Assembly (NCBI GenBank): GCA_002633005.1
Contig: NMRA01000071.1
Location: forward strand, 329,518-393,517
From: Phoronis australis
Lineage: Eukaryota; Animalia; Phoronida
DNA: 64,000 nucleotides
Direction: 5' to 3'
Made by a program: the position numbers and the translations under genes. Shown here one piece after another: positions 12,301-27,300 of this stretch; position 1 is the stretch's first letter; every line of letters starts with the position of its first letter. Under the pieces are notes generated by a model that was given only the letters and a program-made list of their open reading frames with translations, did not search any database and had not been told where the DNA came from.

Positions 12301-15300
12301 TTAAAAATGCAAACACCCTAATTTGCGACAAACTGTCAGAGAGAGAGAACACAATCAGATGTGACACGGTCTTCACCTCATATAACCACTGTGGGGTTCT
12401 AAGCACAGGCGGGGGGGGGGGNTATAGATAGCCACCGTGTGGTTGTAAGCACAGGCGAGGGGGGTCTATAGTGAAAACAAATGCTAGTATCAATTGCTGA
12501 TACTCTGCTTGGGTGATCCAGTCCTCCTCAGTGAACACACGCATTCCTAACACTCACTTGATAAGTTGTAGTCCACTTATCACATGTGTACACAGCTATA
12601 GATTAACATTACATGCATTAACAATACATCCAGTATTCTTTCATCATTGTTGTTCATGCTACTACTAACTTTTACCCCTCCCCCCTGCTGTGAAACTGAC
12701 TGAGAAATGCATCAGCAAATCCCTCTGAAGACATCCTGATCTCAGCTGATAGCCTCCTATATAAAACCCAATGGCCAGGGTACTGGTAATCACCTTCCAA
12801 GAGTTCAGAGACTGAGTAACTGGGCTATCGAGTATGGGGCAATATTCATACCAGGTCAAAAATAGAAAAACAATGTCCATATTTATTTCAAGAGGTAGAC
12901 CCAATAGTCACCCATGCCTATATTCATTGAAAGAGGCCTTAAAACAAGACAATTCCTGCCAAAATTGCTATAGACTCTAACCTGACAAGCACCCTGAGAT
13001 TTCAATAAAAGTCATATTTTGTTTCTCCCTAAAACAACTAGTTGGCAAAGATTTAGCAGTAAATACCTGGGTGCTCTCCAAGTAGTATATCTTCTTTGAC
13101 TGAAACATGGGATCAATCCGTTTACCAGAATTGACCATTCAGATAAATGCCCTCAACATGAGGAAGATTAGTTTTCTTCATTTTAGCCGTGTCAAATAAA
13201 ATAAACATGCAAATAATTATTTTTAAACCAGAAGAGCACTGTAGGTGGCGCCACCTCCCATTAACCCAAAAGACAATACTTTAGCTTAGACCCAGTATTA
13301 TAAAGTCGCTTTCCCATTAGAAGTTGGACAGATTAACTCCGACAGTTGATTTGCAAGCAAAACTTTGCTTAAAATATAGTTTAGAAACAAAAGTTCGGTA
13401 CTGATCGAAGTTTTGGTGTAGTGGGAATACTAAAGGTCAACCTTAGTCAAAGTTATCAGTAGAGGTCACAGCAACGATATACGATCATGCGAGACTTGCA
13501 AAACAGTGTAGCCGATGTGCTCTCAATAGATACACATAAATAAATAAATAAATGACAGTATATCTGATGAAGAATGACACTGACCATTTTCATAAACACT
13601 CGCACATGGCAGCCCGAATAGTTTTTGGTTAGCCAACAACTCAGTATTTGTTTCAGAGTACGAATGGTCAGCATCGTCTGTTGTCATAGTGATAACACTG
13701 ATATTGTTGTGTAGTTGAAAAGGTAAGCCAAGTTTCGGCAAAGCTACGGTTAACCAAAGTTGGCCTAATAGAAAATCACCCATGCTAAGTCTGAGAGAAT
13801 AGTTGGCACTTATTCTAGTTACTTTAAACTTCTGACTACACAAGAAATATTGCATGCAAAACCAAATACCGGGATCTTATTTTCATTTAATCTCAGGTCT
13901 GTTTGTGGGTTTGCCTATCACCATTCCTGTTTTAAAGAGAGAGTGGAGGGGGGGGGGTGCAAGCCCTTCCTACATTCCTAGTTGTGAGCCTGAATTGACA
14001 GATTAAGTGAGTAATGTGTCATTATTTACAAACTCATTGTCTGCTGGAAATCAGCTGTTGACAACAGGAAATGCTAAATGTCCTCTGCTACAATGAACAC
14101 TGATGCCATGTAATTATCTTTTGTAATTCAGTGAATACTCAATCACCAGTCCAGACTCATTAGAACATGGACATACCAATTAATTATGATGTAAGCGTTT
14201 GAAGTGTCCTGAAGTTGGCACGTTTGTGACAACTTGAAAATCACTGAGTTGTGAAAATGGATACTGAAAAATACCGTTGCATTTGTCAAATAGCTAATTA
14301 TGGTTGTGTTCATTTGCGTGTGTGACACGTGAATTGTTATTGACATGACTGTGCAGTTCAATGTGGGTGGGATGACTAGCAGACTGCTGTAAAGAACTGT
14401 TTGCCTAACATTTTTAAGACTGTCTTCTTTCCAAACTATACGCCAGTATGAAATGCCTCTCCCAACTATATGCCAGTATGAGATGCCTCTCCAAACTATA
14501 CACCCATATTACATATTATAATTACATGTTATTGTTCTCATTATTAAGTAATGCTTACCACTTTAGTTATTATTGTTTCAATGAAAATGTTTGTTTACTC
14601 AATATATCTCCTAAAAACTCACTAATCATGATTTTTGAGGTGTTGGAAATGCATACTAAAATTTAGTAAAGGTATGTTTGTCTAACATTATCTAGTGCTG
14701 CAGTGCTCGGAGTTCTTCATAAAAGTTACTAGTGCTGCAGTGCTCAGAGTTCTTCATAAAAAGTTCCCTTGCTAAGTGTATGGAAACTAAATTGGAAAAT
14801 GCTGAGTGTCAGTGTGCTGTCAATGTGTTCTACCTAAGTTAAGACAGTACCAAGGCTCACTGAGTTAACATAGTATTTAGGCTACGGTAAATGAGTACCA
14901 AGACTCAATGAATTAACAGTGTGCTGAGGCTCAATGAGTTAGCATTAAATTGAGAGTTAACACAGTACTGAGCAGTTGATTGAAATAAAGTCTGTCTGAC
15001 ACCTAGCCAATCCACTTGAATTCAGATGACTTAATTAAGAAAACGCCACTGGCTTTTGACCCTCACCACGATGTTTCACAACCTTGTTGGCACTCTCATT
15101 TTTCAACTACTTTATATTTTTTTGTGGCTGCCAGACATTCCTTTCTAATTATGCACAGTTAATTTCAGTATTGCTGAGTGAACACTAATTTGTCAACACA
15201 TTTGGTTGTTTTTCTAAACCCTGTGACATGTGGCTAGCCTGCTGAGTTACAAAACATTGGTAGAAGTTGAGGTGCTACAAAAATACACTTGTCACTGCAA

Positions 15301-18300
15301 TACAGGACCTCAGCAGCAGGTCTGAGTAGTTAGTCAAATATCTAAAAAACACTGCAAGTTTTGAATAATTGCTCATCTTGTAGAAGTGCAACATTTTAAT
15401 GATAATTTCATGAAGAGCTCTGTAGAACAGTGCATAACGCATAGCATCATTTCTGAGATGATTTTCTAGTGTCCTAAGTAATCTGAACAATTGATCATTT
15501 CTAAGATGATATTCTAGTGTCCTAAGTAATCTGAACAATTCATCATCCTCATCTTGGTTATGGCACCTAAATCTATCAAACCAAATATCCACCAGGGAGT
15601 TTAACTGAGCATGGGTGGTTATTGGTTTATGGTCAGAGATGTACATTGATATACAAGTCGCTATAATTTGGCAGTAATCTTTCTTGCATACATATTTCAT
15701 TGAAAACACGAATTTGATCTGTTTTTAATAGTTAAGTCTCAGTTCTTTCCAACTGCCTACTAAGTAAATAGAGATCTTGTCTTTACATCACAACAGTGCA
15801 ACAAAAACCCAAACGACATCAGTAGGTAACATATTTTAAAAAGTGATCATTTCGAGACACATATCTCATCTTCAGGCTACTATTTACAACATAGTTCACA
15901 ATGAAACGCACATCAGAAATGATGAATGCAATATAACAAGTGAAGTTGGCATGCGCAACTACGACGATAAAAACATAAATAAATATACATATGTTGCTGT
16001 GCAACATAATCTATAGATCACCGAAATAATGAAAGAGTCCTTCTAGTTCTAGGTAGCTGCTCGTTCAAAGTGGGTTTTTCAAACATTATTAGAAGCGACT
16101 CTAATGTTCTTGTGTTTTCAATGAAATATGATGTACAAGTGTCAACAGTGTGAACAGATTGGATGTAGGAAGGGGTTTCTTGAAATTTGATCAAGTTTCT
16201 TTGTAGTTCAGGACCATCTTTATTGGTCAGGCGGTACATGATGTGCTGCAGGTACAGCTAAAATGGTCTGTACATGATGTGCTGCAGGTACAGCTAAAAT
16301 GGTCTGTACATGAGATGCTAAAGGTACAGCTAAAATGGTCTGTACATGATGTGCTGCAGGTACAGCTAAAATGGTCTGTACATGAGATGATGCAGGTACA
16401 GCTAAACTGGTCTGTACATGAGATGCTGCAGGTACTGCTAAAATGGTCTGTACATGAGATGCTGCAGGTACAGCTAAAGTGGTCTGTACATGAGATGCTG
16501 CAGGTACAGCTAAAATGGTCTGTACATGATGTGCTGCAGGTACAGCTAAAATGGCCATCTGATGTTGAATAAAAGGGACTAAATAAAGAGCAGGCAACCG
16601 ATAGGTTGCCTACACTGGATATGTCATCAGTCTAACTTACAGTCTGGTTGCCTAAGCTGGATATGTCATCGGTCTTGTGTCTGTTGATGGCTGGAATTAT
16701 GTTATTTTATATTGTGTGTTATTCATTGTTTTTGTATATTGATTTCAAATAGACCACCATGGATTTTTTGGTGTTATCATGGTAACATGCATTTTCCTAT
16801 TAATATTTACTTTAGTTACTATTATTTGTCTTAAGTGAAAATTTTCTTTATTATTGAATATGCGTGTTATCAAATAAATAAAATAAAAATCAAAACAACA
16901 TTAGGGGTGTGCTTGCGTCACTACCACTGGCTAATGGTCAGGCAATGATTGAACTGTTTACACAGTTTCTGACCACTAGTCGATTATATTCTCATGGCTT
17001 CTTATCGTTATTAAATCTCCCTAAAGCCTGTCTTCACACTTCAACTTTCTATATATGACATAGCATCTGATTATCTTATGTAACTAATCAAGTGTGTACA
17101 GATAGGTGTACTGACACAACGTTTGAGGTGAGAAGTAGTATACCAAGTCCTGCAGGACAATTATTGGAATGTTTCTATAGTGCTCTACCAGTCCTATGTG
17201 AAGAACTGAAATGCCAGGACATGGCTGGTTATAATTCAACAAGGGAAGGACCAGCAGGCAGATAATAGTGGCTCTCATTTCTACAATACACAAACTGATC
17301 AGGTATTCAAGGTTCTCATTTCTACAATATACAACTGATCAGGTATTCAATGTTCTCATTTCTACAATATACAACTGATCAGGTATTCAATGTTCTCATT
17401 TCTACAATACACAACTGATCAGGTATTCGATGTTCTCATTTCTACAATACACAACTGATCAGGTATTCAAGGTTCTCATTTCTACAATATATAACTGATC
17501 AGGTATTCAATGTTCTCATTTCTACAATACACAACTGATCAGGCATTCAATGTTCTCATTTCTACAATATACAACTGATCAGGTATTCAATGTTCTCATT
17601 TCTACAATATACAACTGATCAGGTATTCAAGGTTCTCATTTCTACAATATACAACTGATCAGGTATTCAATGTTCTCATTTCTACAATATACAACTGATC
17701 AGGTATTCAATGTTCTCATTTCTACAATACACAACTGATCAGGTATTCAAGGTTCTCATTTCTAAACAGTATGTCACTAAGGATCTGCAAGCTGATACCG
17801 TACTAAAGCTTGGCGCAGACAGAGTTGGGAGCTCAGCTATCAAGTGAGTTATCGGAACAGTGTCAGTGAGCACATAGCTCACATCAGGGCATGACAAGAT
17901 GACCCCACTTGAATGATCTAGCATCTAGTTCTATTCTTTTCATTATTTATGTCTTGTTATCTTGTGTAGATTTGTGTAAATGCATCAGGTTAGTCCGTTG
18001 CTATGTTTGTTACAGCAGTCACATCCAATTGGAATGTCCAAATGTTTGGTTCTCAGCCAATAGATTGTCAGAATATTTCTAGATTTTTATAATACGATAC
18101 AAGATCCCCTATGGACAGACTGCTGTTAAGGCATGCAAAGAGTGCAGCCAATAGTGGATATGCTTTTCTATACTTACTGCAGGAATTAACTCCCATTGTA
18201 AATGTAAACCAATCCTTGTAAGGCTGGGAACCCATCTAGCACATAATCTGTTATCTTTGTGCTAAAAATCTGTAGTTTGCAACTGAACACAATAGGACAC

Positions 18301-21300
18301 AAAATACAAGTAAATACACAATAGTTTATAGCCCTGTAATTGTCTGTTGTGTTAGAACTGCTTATTCTATTGACTTGAGTGGATCAACATTAATGAAATA
18401 TAAAATTGTTTCTATCAAGTGAAACAAGTAAACAATAAATCAAGAGTCTTGAGTTTAATTAGTGCGAAAATCACCTATTTGCAGATTTTTTTTGTTTTCA
18501 CAATTACAAGTTGTCAATGATTACATCTGCACTTTGTTTATTAAATGATGTTCAAATCACTGTCCTTTAATTCCTGCAATACATTAGCATAGTTAGGAGC
18601 ATGCAAATACATCTTTAAAACTGGCTGAAATTTAAGATTTGCCTTAGCTAAGTCAGTTTTCTTGGAATGGGCACCAGAATTACCAACACCCACTGTCAGT
18701 AATTGTCCATGTAAAAATCATTTCAACAAAAATCAGTCAAATGAGAATATTATTGGCAGATGCCACTCAACGACCCTGGAGTGATATGCTTGACAAGCAG
18801 GGTTAGGGCAGTGCAACCTGTCTTAAGTCTGTCTCAACCTCCTGGCATTATGGAAGCACTTAGACACATCTCCAATATAGCCACAACATACCTACCCACT
18901 GTAAAAACACACTCATATTTTCACAACATTTAATGTTATTTTCATTCGCAATTCAGTGTTTCTACAAAATTACTAATATACTGTTGTGTGAACAAGTTAG
19001 CTGCCAATGAATAGTAAGGAATGTGAACATGGCCTGTTTTCTATATGTGATTTATTTGTTATATCACTTTAGATCAGCCACCCACATTACATCCTGCATC
19101 CAGTCAATACAAAATGGCTGACTCGTATGTTTTCACTTGTTTGCTTTAAAAACGTAGTACTCGGATGTGATAATGAATTCACATGAACGCTACCTCCACT
19201 TAAGCCATATTGGTCTAGTCAGTGGCATTCTAACATATAAAGAAAAAAATCTATTTATTTGGTTTCATTCCAAATGTCTCATTCACAGAGCCTGCCACTA
19301 TTGTTAATATGTCATCTGATTATTCATGTACTTTCATTCATCAGAAATAATGATTTTGTAATGCTGTATCTTACAATTTTAACTAAATGTATATATAAAA
19401 GCAGATCTCTGCACCTGGCCTTCAAGGAAAGTTTTGATTAATATACTTAAAATAAGGACCTCGTCTGCAATTCTTAATTTTTAGTCTTTGAGGAATTAGT
19501 AACACAATAGTTTTGTAAGAAATTGTAAATTTAAAGTACCTGCTATTGCCACAAGTGATGAAACTTTGGCCAGTTTTAACTTAAAAGCAACTCAAAATGT
19601 GAAGTTACATTTTTTATGTAAAGCATAAGTACAAAACTGACAGCGTAAAGTCTCACCAATTTTGGACAAAAATAACGTCATAGTTTAGTGTGGGGCATGA
19701 AGCTATGGTATGAGATATAAAGCTACATATACGTAAAGTAGGACATAGAGCTATACTATAGGTCATAGAACTACAATATAGTATTTTACTGTGGCTCAAG
19801 TTTACAAATATTTTTGTGTAGCTATAATTTACATGTATTTTTCCATGGCAAGAATTTGCAAGTATTGTAGCTGGAGAATTTGATTTTTGTGTATAAGCAT
19901 ATACGTGTTGATTAGACAAACAGTTGGTGTTGATACTTATGTGACTAAACCTTGTCATTTGCAGACCCCCGTCATGCCGGAGATGAAGCTATCCCAGGCT
20001 ACTGTCAACCCAAGTGTACACCCAAGTTCTGTAAAGCCAACCCGAAAGAAATATGCTCAGCAGTGTAAGTACTCACTTCTTTTGATGAAAATCAAATAAT
20101 ATGGTAAATTCTCACCCATTTCAGATAAAAATTATTGCCATAATTTTTCCATTTTAAAGGTGCTCTGATATTGTCAAGGTGATCTGATATTGAATAGTGG
20201 AAGCTATGATGTTGCACAACTTACAGAGTTGTGATCTTTGCCTTTGAGGCTCCTTAGAACAATTAAATTGTAGGAATTATGAAAATTCACAATAACTGAC
20301 TACAAATTGAAACATGTATCATGGCAATACACAATCACAATATGAATCTTGGTAAGGCACTATACTGACTGTAAATTGAGGTAGGAATCTTGGATATACA
20401 TTACGCTGACTACAAATTAAAGTATGCATCTTGCTAATGTGTTATCACTTACTACAAATTAAAGAATTTGCCAAACATCAAAATCACAGTGCTATGGCAT
20501 TTGGTTTTGAAGGTTATCTCCAACCTTATTTAGTGGCCTCTATTCTAACTCGTACATCAAAAAAATAGTTTGTCAACTAGTAAAAGTATATATTTTCTGA
20601 AAGACCAAAGTTAAGGATCATGAAAATACTTTTTGTATTAATGTACCATTATTATTTTTACATAAAAACCTTTTTTAAGTCAAAAAAAATTAAAAAAGGT
20701 ACATTCATAGCAAAATAACCCCAAGGTTAATTTTAATGGATTTTTTTAAATGAAAACTACACCAGTTACCTCAAAAGCACTGTTAGGAATTTTCGATTAG
20801 TCTTTTTGTTTGGTTTTTATGACAGATCAACAGGCAAAACGTAAGGTACCTTTGTAAAAAACGAAAATATCAAAGTCTTCGGTTGATTATTCCGTGAAAA
20901 CTTGTTTTCGGTACACGTAACCTATACAAGCCTCAAATATGTTCGCTATTTCAACATTCACTTGCAATGTCAACTGATTTTGCTGTGCGTAATTAACATA
21001 ATTATCATTAAAACGTACCATTCCCAGCTAACTCTTACTGTTGTTTGCGACCTATTTGACCTACTTTTATATAAATAGGTCATAGTTCATTGTCATACAC
21101 ATAGCCTGTACACGTCACGTGCTGGGACACTGACACGAAACCAAGTAAGAAATGGATAACAAAAATCGAATCAGTGGTTAAAGCATGTCGTCAGCATGAG
21201 ATCAAAACATTGAAATGTCAATTTATTAATTTAATGAAGGAATTAGGGTGAGGATTTATCTCTTTTCACAACTTGCTGTATTCATGACCACAGAGGCCTG

Positions 21301-24300
21301 AAGTGACCATAGCATTCATTCTCAACGCCAACGGTCGTATGCATGTAGACCCATAACTCCCTTAGTAGTTTTGTCTTAGTTTTCCCCGGCACCATCCCAC
21401 CGTAAGTACACCTGGGTGACTCAATGTTATGGCGATTTGTAAATGAAAGGATTGAGGGTATACGAAGCTGTTCTGTACTTGGCGGGAGATTTGATTTGAT
21501 TGAAAGCCTTTTAATCTTTGACCTTGGATAAATAGTAAACAAATCTCCACGCAGCTGTGCAGTTCCAAGGTGGTTCTGTTACATCTTTTTTCTCGCTACG
21601 CAGTATATATTTTGTATTTGAAGTTCCCCGAGAATGAAGATAAGGTATTTTAGTAGGCACGTGAAATATTGTAAAAACAGTAATTTTTTGTGAAAAAGGT
21701 TTGAGATAACCTTAAATGGAGTTCACTCTTATATTTGCCAGACTATACTCTGTCCAGACTTGACATGCTCATATACTAATTAAATCAAACAAAATTGCGT
21801 TTCTTATTTCATTTTTTCTAATCATCATTTTTGAATTAATTTATTTACTATTTATTTATGTATATGTTTACTTATTTATTATTTTTGTATGTTTGCGTAT
21901 ATTTTTATTTACCTGTTTACTTACTTATATACTTGTTTACTGCTGATTGTCTTATGTTTTCATTTTGTTTCTCTATTTTTACGGTCCATACTTGAGATAA
22001 ATCTTTGACCTTTTATGTTATCCTTGTCTTGCACTTGTACTTTTATCTTGTGTTTTATGTTTCTCTTTTATTTCTCAGTTCTTGTATGATTCTAATAACT
22101 TAATTATAATTATTATTATTATTTTATTTGCATTGTAAAGTTAGAAAGCACAGTTTGAATTACATTATAGCCAGTACAGATCTCAGAACAAATAACGCTA
22201 CCTAGTGAGCATTAAGTGTAGTATATTAGAATAAAACAATGAAGCACTCATTGACCTCAAGCAACTAAAACAGAGAAATGACAAAAATGTGAAAAGTAGA
22301 GATATTTATTTACAGATAATTAGAGATATTTATTTACAGATAATCAGAGATATTTACTTACAGTAGTCTGTTGGCGTTCACCACTGGTCTGACTAGATGT
22401 GATAAACTTGAGTATTTTTAGAAAATGAGTGCAGACTTTCATTCTGCAGATACAATCAGACATCAAGACTACAGCTGAACCTTTGGTACACTTCATCTTT
22501 TTGACATTTTAAGGAGTTGTGTGAGGAACTCTACCACAAATGTGCAAAGTATGAGTGACCTCTGTTGATCATTAAAGTGAATTAGATATTTAATAACTCG
22601 TTTTATCTGAAAACTATGGGTCTACGACTGATGACCATATATTTAATAACACGATTTATTTGAAAAGTGGGGGTCTATGGATGTTGACAATAATAGTGAA
22701 TTAGGTATTTATCAGCTTGCTTTGTCTAAAAACTCTTTATCTAAAAATGTCATATTAAAGGTTATCTCTGACCTAAGTTCTGTTGTGAAAGTGCTTCCGG
22801 TGAATCATATAAAATTATGAGCCTGTTAGCCACTCACTAACGGGCAATTGCCTATTAGCTGAATGGTTAGCACGCTTGCCAGTTTTATGGGGGTCGCTGG
22901 TTCGATTCCCGAGGTCGGGTAATCTCGGCTATTACTACAGTTCTGTAGCCAACATTAAAGACATTCTAAAGTAAACTAAAAAATTTTACATGCAATTCAA
23001 CTTCAGAGGAGAATTTCAGTTCAATATCTATGAATGCCTTTATAATGAGTTTTCAGCAAATGTTGGAGCTGATTTGGGTCAAAAGGTGGATTAAAAAGTT
23101 TCCACTCATGCCTTTAAAATAATTTAAAGTCCACCTTTTGACCCATGAAGAAGCAAACATTTCCATGAATAGCCCAGTTTTCAGATATCATCAGCCACTA
23201 AAATAATTTTAGGACCATTTCAATTCAAGTCTTAAAGTACATAAAAGCTGGGTAGTAACCACTCATTCATGGCCACTTCCTGCCAAAATATACAAGTAGG
23301 TTTCAATGCAGGTCTACCCCGATACAGGTAGGCTTTAATAGGCACCTACTCAGATACATGTAGGCTTCAATAGACACCTAATCAGATACAGGTATGCTTG
23401 AAAAGACACTTAGGCAGATACAGGTAGGCTTGAAAAGACACCTAGGCAGATACAGGTAGGTTTCAATAGACACCTACTCAGATACAGGTGGGCCTCAATA
23501 GATACCTACTCAGATACAGGTAGGTTTCAATAGACACCTACTCAGATACAGGTAGGCTTCAATACATATCTACCTGGGCTAGTACAAGACTAGCTTAGGA
23601 ATTTTTGTGAACTATTACGACATCCCAACTATTACGACATCACAACTATTACGACATCACAACTATTAGGGCATCGTAACTATTAGGGCATCATAACTAC
23701 TAAGTCATCATAACTATTAGGACATCGTAACTATTAGGGTATCACAACTATTAGGGCATTATAACTATTAGGACATCACAACTATTAGGACGTCATAACT
23801 ATTAGGGCATCATAACTATTAGGACATCATAACTATTAGGTCATCATAACTATTACGACATCATAACTATTAGGTCATCATAACTACTAGGGCTTCATAA
23901 CTATTAGGGCATCGTAACTATTAGCGGTTCATATCTATTAAGATATCATATCTGGACACCAGTTCATAACATGAACACGTACAAATATGAGAAAATGAAG
24001 TGGAAGTTTCTGCTACATTAAAAGTTTATTTATTCAAAGCAAAGCACTTCTCCATTGGTCCTCACTTCCTGCAGACATCGGACATTTTTTTCTATATTTA
24101 ATTCCTTCCAAGCAGCCAACTAGAAAATCTGACTCTTAAAGAAGTGGTTAAGTGCTCTCAGTCAGACTGGAAATTGACAAAAATTGTCAAAATATTGGGA
24201 TTACTGCTTAGTGGATAAACAGCACAGCTTGAACAGTTTTAAGTGTGAGAGTATAAGTTGAGAACAACGCCACTTTTAGGAGACATGTTGCATGGTTGTG

Positions 24301-27300
24301 AGTGTGAACTCTATTAAAACTGATTTTTTTACCTACTAAGATTATTGCATACTGTGAGCCAATCTTGATTTTCCAGTGAATAAACAAATAAGTTTTCCTG
24401 CATGTGTGTTCAATATCTGCATGGCGACCCCAGTGGAAGGATTGGCCCAGGTTACCCCATAGAAATGTCCGTACTTGTGTTATGCCTGCGGAGGTGAAGG
24501 TGATAATACCTTACAGCTGTTTAAATGGTAACAATGCTTTTTTATAGAAAACTGAATTAGTGACTAATGTTTACATGCGCTGTACTAATGGGCTACAGAC
24601 GGCTACCATTACCTCTAGTGGTGCAAGCTACGCTTAATTTTTGTGACATTCAGGGGGTTAACTCCAACTGAAGGGAGATATAGGACAGGCACTTCAAATG
24701 GGAAGGGTTAAATACAGAACTAAGTAAAAAGGTGGTTTTTCCCATTTAATTTCCTCAAAAAGGTACGCTTTGAAAACTACAGAATCTAGGAATGCTGCTG
24801 GAAGAATACATCTCAATGTCCAGAAAGTTACTGACTGACCAGTGATTGACTGACTGACAGACTGACTGACCAGTCCTCATTTTATTAATCCAACAACAAC
24901 AGTCTAGAGTCCTACTTACATAACATTTCAAACAACAGAACCAACAGTTTGCTTACCCCACAGCTTGATTAACCTTTTTCAATGGCACTGCAAATACATT
25001 CCCTAAGGCAAATGACTTCTCCTATTTTGCTAAGAAAATTTTATTTATAAAATTAATCACTTTTATTGATTTACTGTTAGCAATTTGTTTTTCATAAATT
25101 CATAAGCAAATCAGAATAGCACACCTTTAACTGACTTAAGGCATAAGTTGTTTTGAGCTCTTTTATTCACTTCATGGATTTCTCACTGGCTTTGATAAAA
25201 TCAATCACAAATGTTGTGATTTCTCCAGCTATGATATGTCTGCGAAATACTAGTCCACTCACAACTGTGGTGCATGGATGGCTGACTTCATAACTCTTGG
25301 CCTTATCAATTCATATTGAATTTCGCTGATGAATGCACATCTAGAGTTAATGGTTTGGTTTATTGTAGGACCCCACTTGAGTACATGTGCTGCTATCAAT
25401 AACATCAAATTTAGTTTGCCATCATTGTTTAAGATTAAATGCTGTCACAGTTTTCTAACTTCTGATTTCATTTTAAGCAGCTTTTGTTTTTTTCATGAAA
25501 AACATCAGTCTTATTTTTTGATAGCCACTCATACAAAGGTGGGTCATTTAAAAAACAATGACGAACAGAATTTTGGGGAACAGTGCATTGAGCATAGTAT
25601 ATGAAAGGTCTATATGATCCTACATAGCATAGTGTATGAAAGGTCTATATATGATCCTACATAGCGTTAATTAGTTAGACTCATGGTTAGTCACAGTTAG
25701 TTTCTAGTTATCAGGTACCGGTATACATTGTTTGTGATGAACCAGCACATGTAATTGATTACTGTAGTCAAAGAAAGCTGTCATTCAAATCACTTTGAAC
25801 CAAACTAAAGAGGGACAACTTCTAAACCAAGTACTGGCATGTCTTGAGTAGCTGGTTTTCAAATCATCATTATACGTCAATGAAATCATAAATTTTTTAA
25901 CCACATGTCGAAAATTAGTGATAAAACTAGCAGATGCGACAACACTTACAGTGAAGACATTCTCACAAGCGGCAACAGTTTAATACACTAAAGACATTCT
26001 GACATGCAGCTGCAGTTCAATACATGTTGGCATGTGTTGTAGTCTACATGTTGTTTTTAAACTTTTTCCCACCACAACTTGTACAACATGAACAACCAGT
26101 CAAGTCAAATGAACATGTCAAAGCACAAGCCTGTGCTCTTGATATCAGATGAAGTGGTATGAGACACGAATTTATTGCGAAATACACCATCCATGTTAAC
26201 TATAACCAATTGTTAATAACTCAGAAAGGTTGTGAATATGGGTAGTACTCCTTCTCAATTGATTTCAAAGTTATATGCGCTGTAATTACTAATAATTTTT
26301 CTGCACGTCTTCAGTTATTCATATCCTCCTTTTTAATAACCCATTAAATGACAAACAAAATACATAACAATATGTAGCACACTGCAGATCCACAAACCAC
26401 TCAAGTCCCATTTAAGTTTTTCTGTGCCAATTTCCATAAGATAATGTTTAGAGTGCTTAAAATCACCAATTTCATATCAAAACATCAAAACCTACCCCAC
26501 CAGTTGATCAGCTGTCAATATAGAACACTTGCAAATACTATCTGACGATATGTTAAATAGTCGAATTCGAGTTAAGAAAATTGATTGGTCAAAACATACT
26601 GCGTAAAATCGGGACAACCAGTCACAGCATTAGTCATCCTCCACTGTAATTAGCGTGATATATTGTCAGATCTTGCAGCTCCTTGGAATGACCAAAGACA
26701 AAAACAGACAAAAATTTTCCAGGTGATGTATCTTTCCACAAATAAATAGGCTTGTGTGATAGAAATATTTTGCGTTGTAAAATTTAACTGAAATAAACGT
26801 TTTTGTATAAACAAAGTTAAAATAATAACAAAAAAGAGGAAGCTGGAAATGAAATAAGAGGAACTTGAAACCAAAAAGGAAGAATTCCCTTAAAAGCCCT
26901 GAATAAGAAAAAGCGAGGGACTGCGTTAGTGGTGGTTGTGACAGTTTAGTATTTGACTATCATAACGCCACTTTTCACTTTCCCACGGGACATCATGGAA
27001 GAAGCACGAATATGGGTTATGTTTTTTATAAGAAAGTCACGTGTTCGTAGTGGACATGACACATTGGACCTCGGTCCATTCACACGTCAATGAAATCAAT
27101 GAATCATCACCTAGGTCCAATGTGACGTGTGAACGGACCTAGGTGCACTGTGTCATGACGGACCTAGGTCCGTTCACACGTCACACTCATGTCTGTGGAG
27201 CTAAGAAACTTTCTATTGAAATTGCTTTTTTCTAATTTCTCATTTTTGGGAAACTGAATTCAAAATTGGGATATGCAGTGCTATATAGGAAGGTTTAATG

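Noticed and set aside
12380-12470. Duplicated motif around the N at 12422
   Set aside because: Likely a collapsed short tandem repeat at a poly-G assembly break.
16220-16597. Repetitive ORFs on both strands (VPAASHVQTILA)n
   Set aside because: A 36-bp minisatellite is open simply because its length is a multiple of 3; no splice support. The same applies to ORFs at 9040-9472, 11340-11606, 44444-44819 and 54169-54481.
22849-22921. Functional tRNA gene
   Set aside because: A and B boxes are present, but acceptor and anticodon stems do not pair; a second diverged copy indicates a SINE.
23177-23200. Minus-strand CTGATGA...GAAA as a minimal hammerhead ribozyme (similar hits near 19332 and 52148)
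   Set aside because: No stem II closing pair and no stems I/III could be formed.
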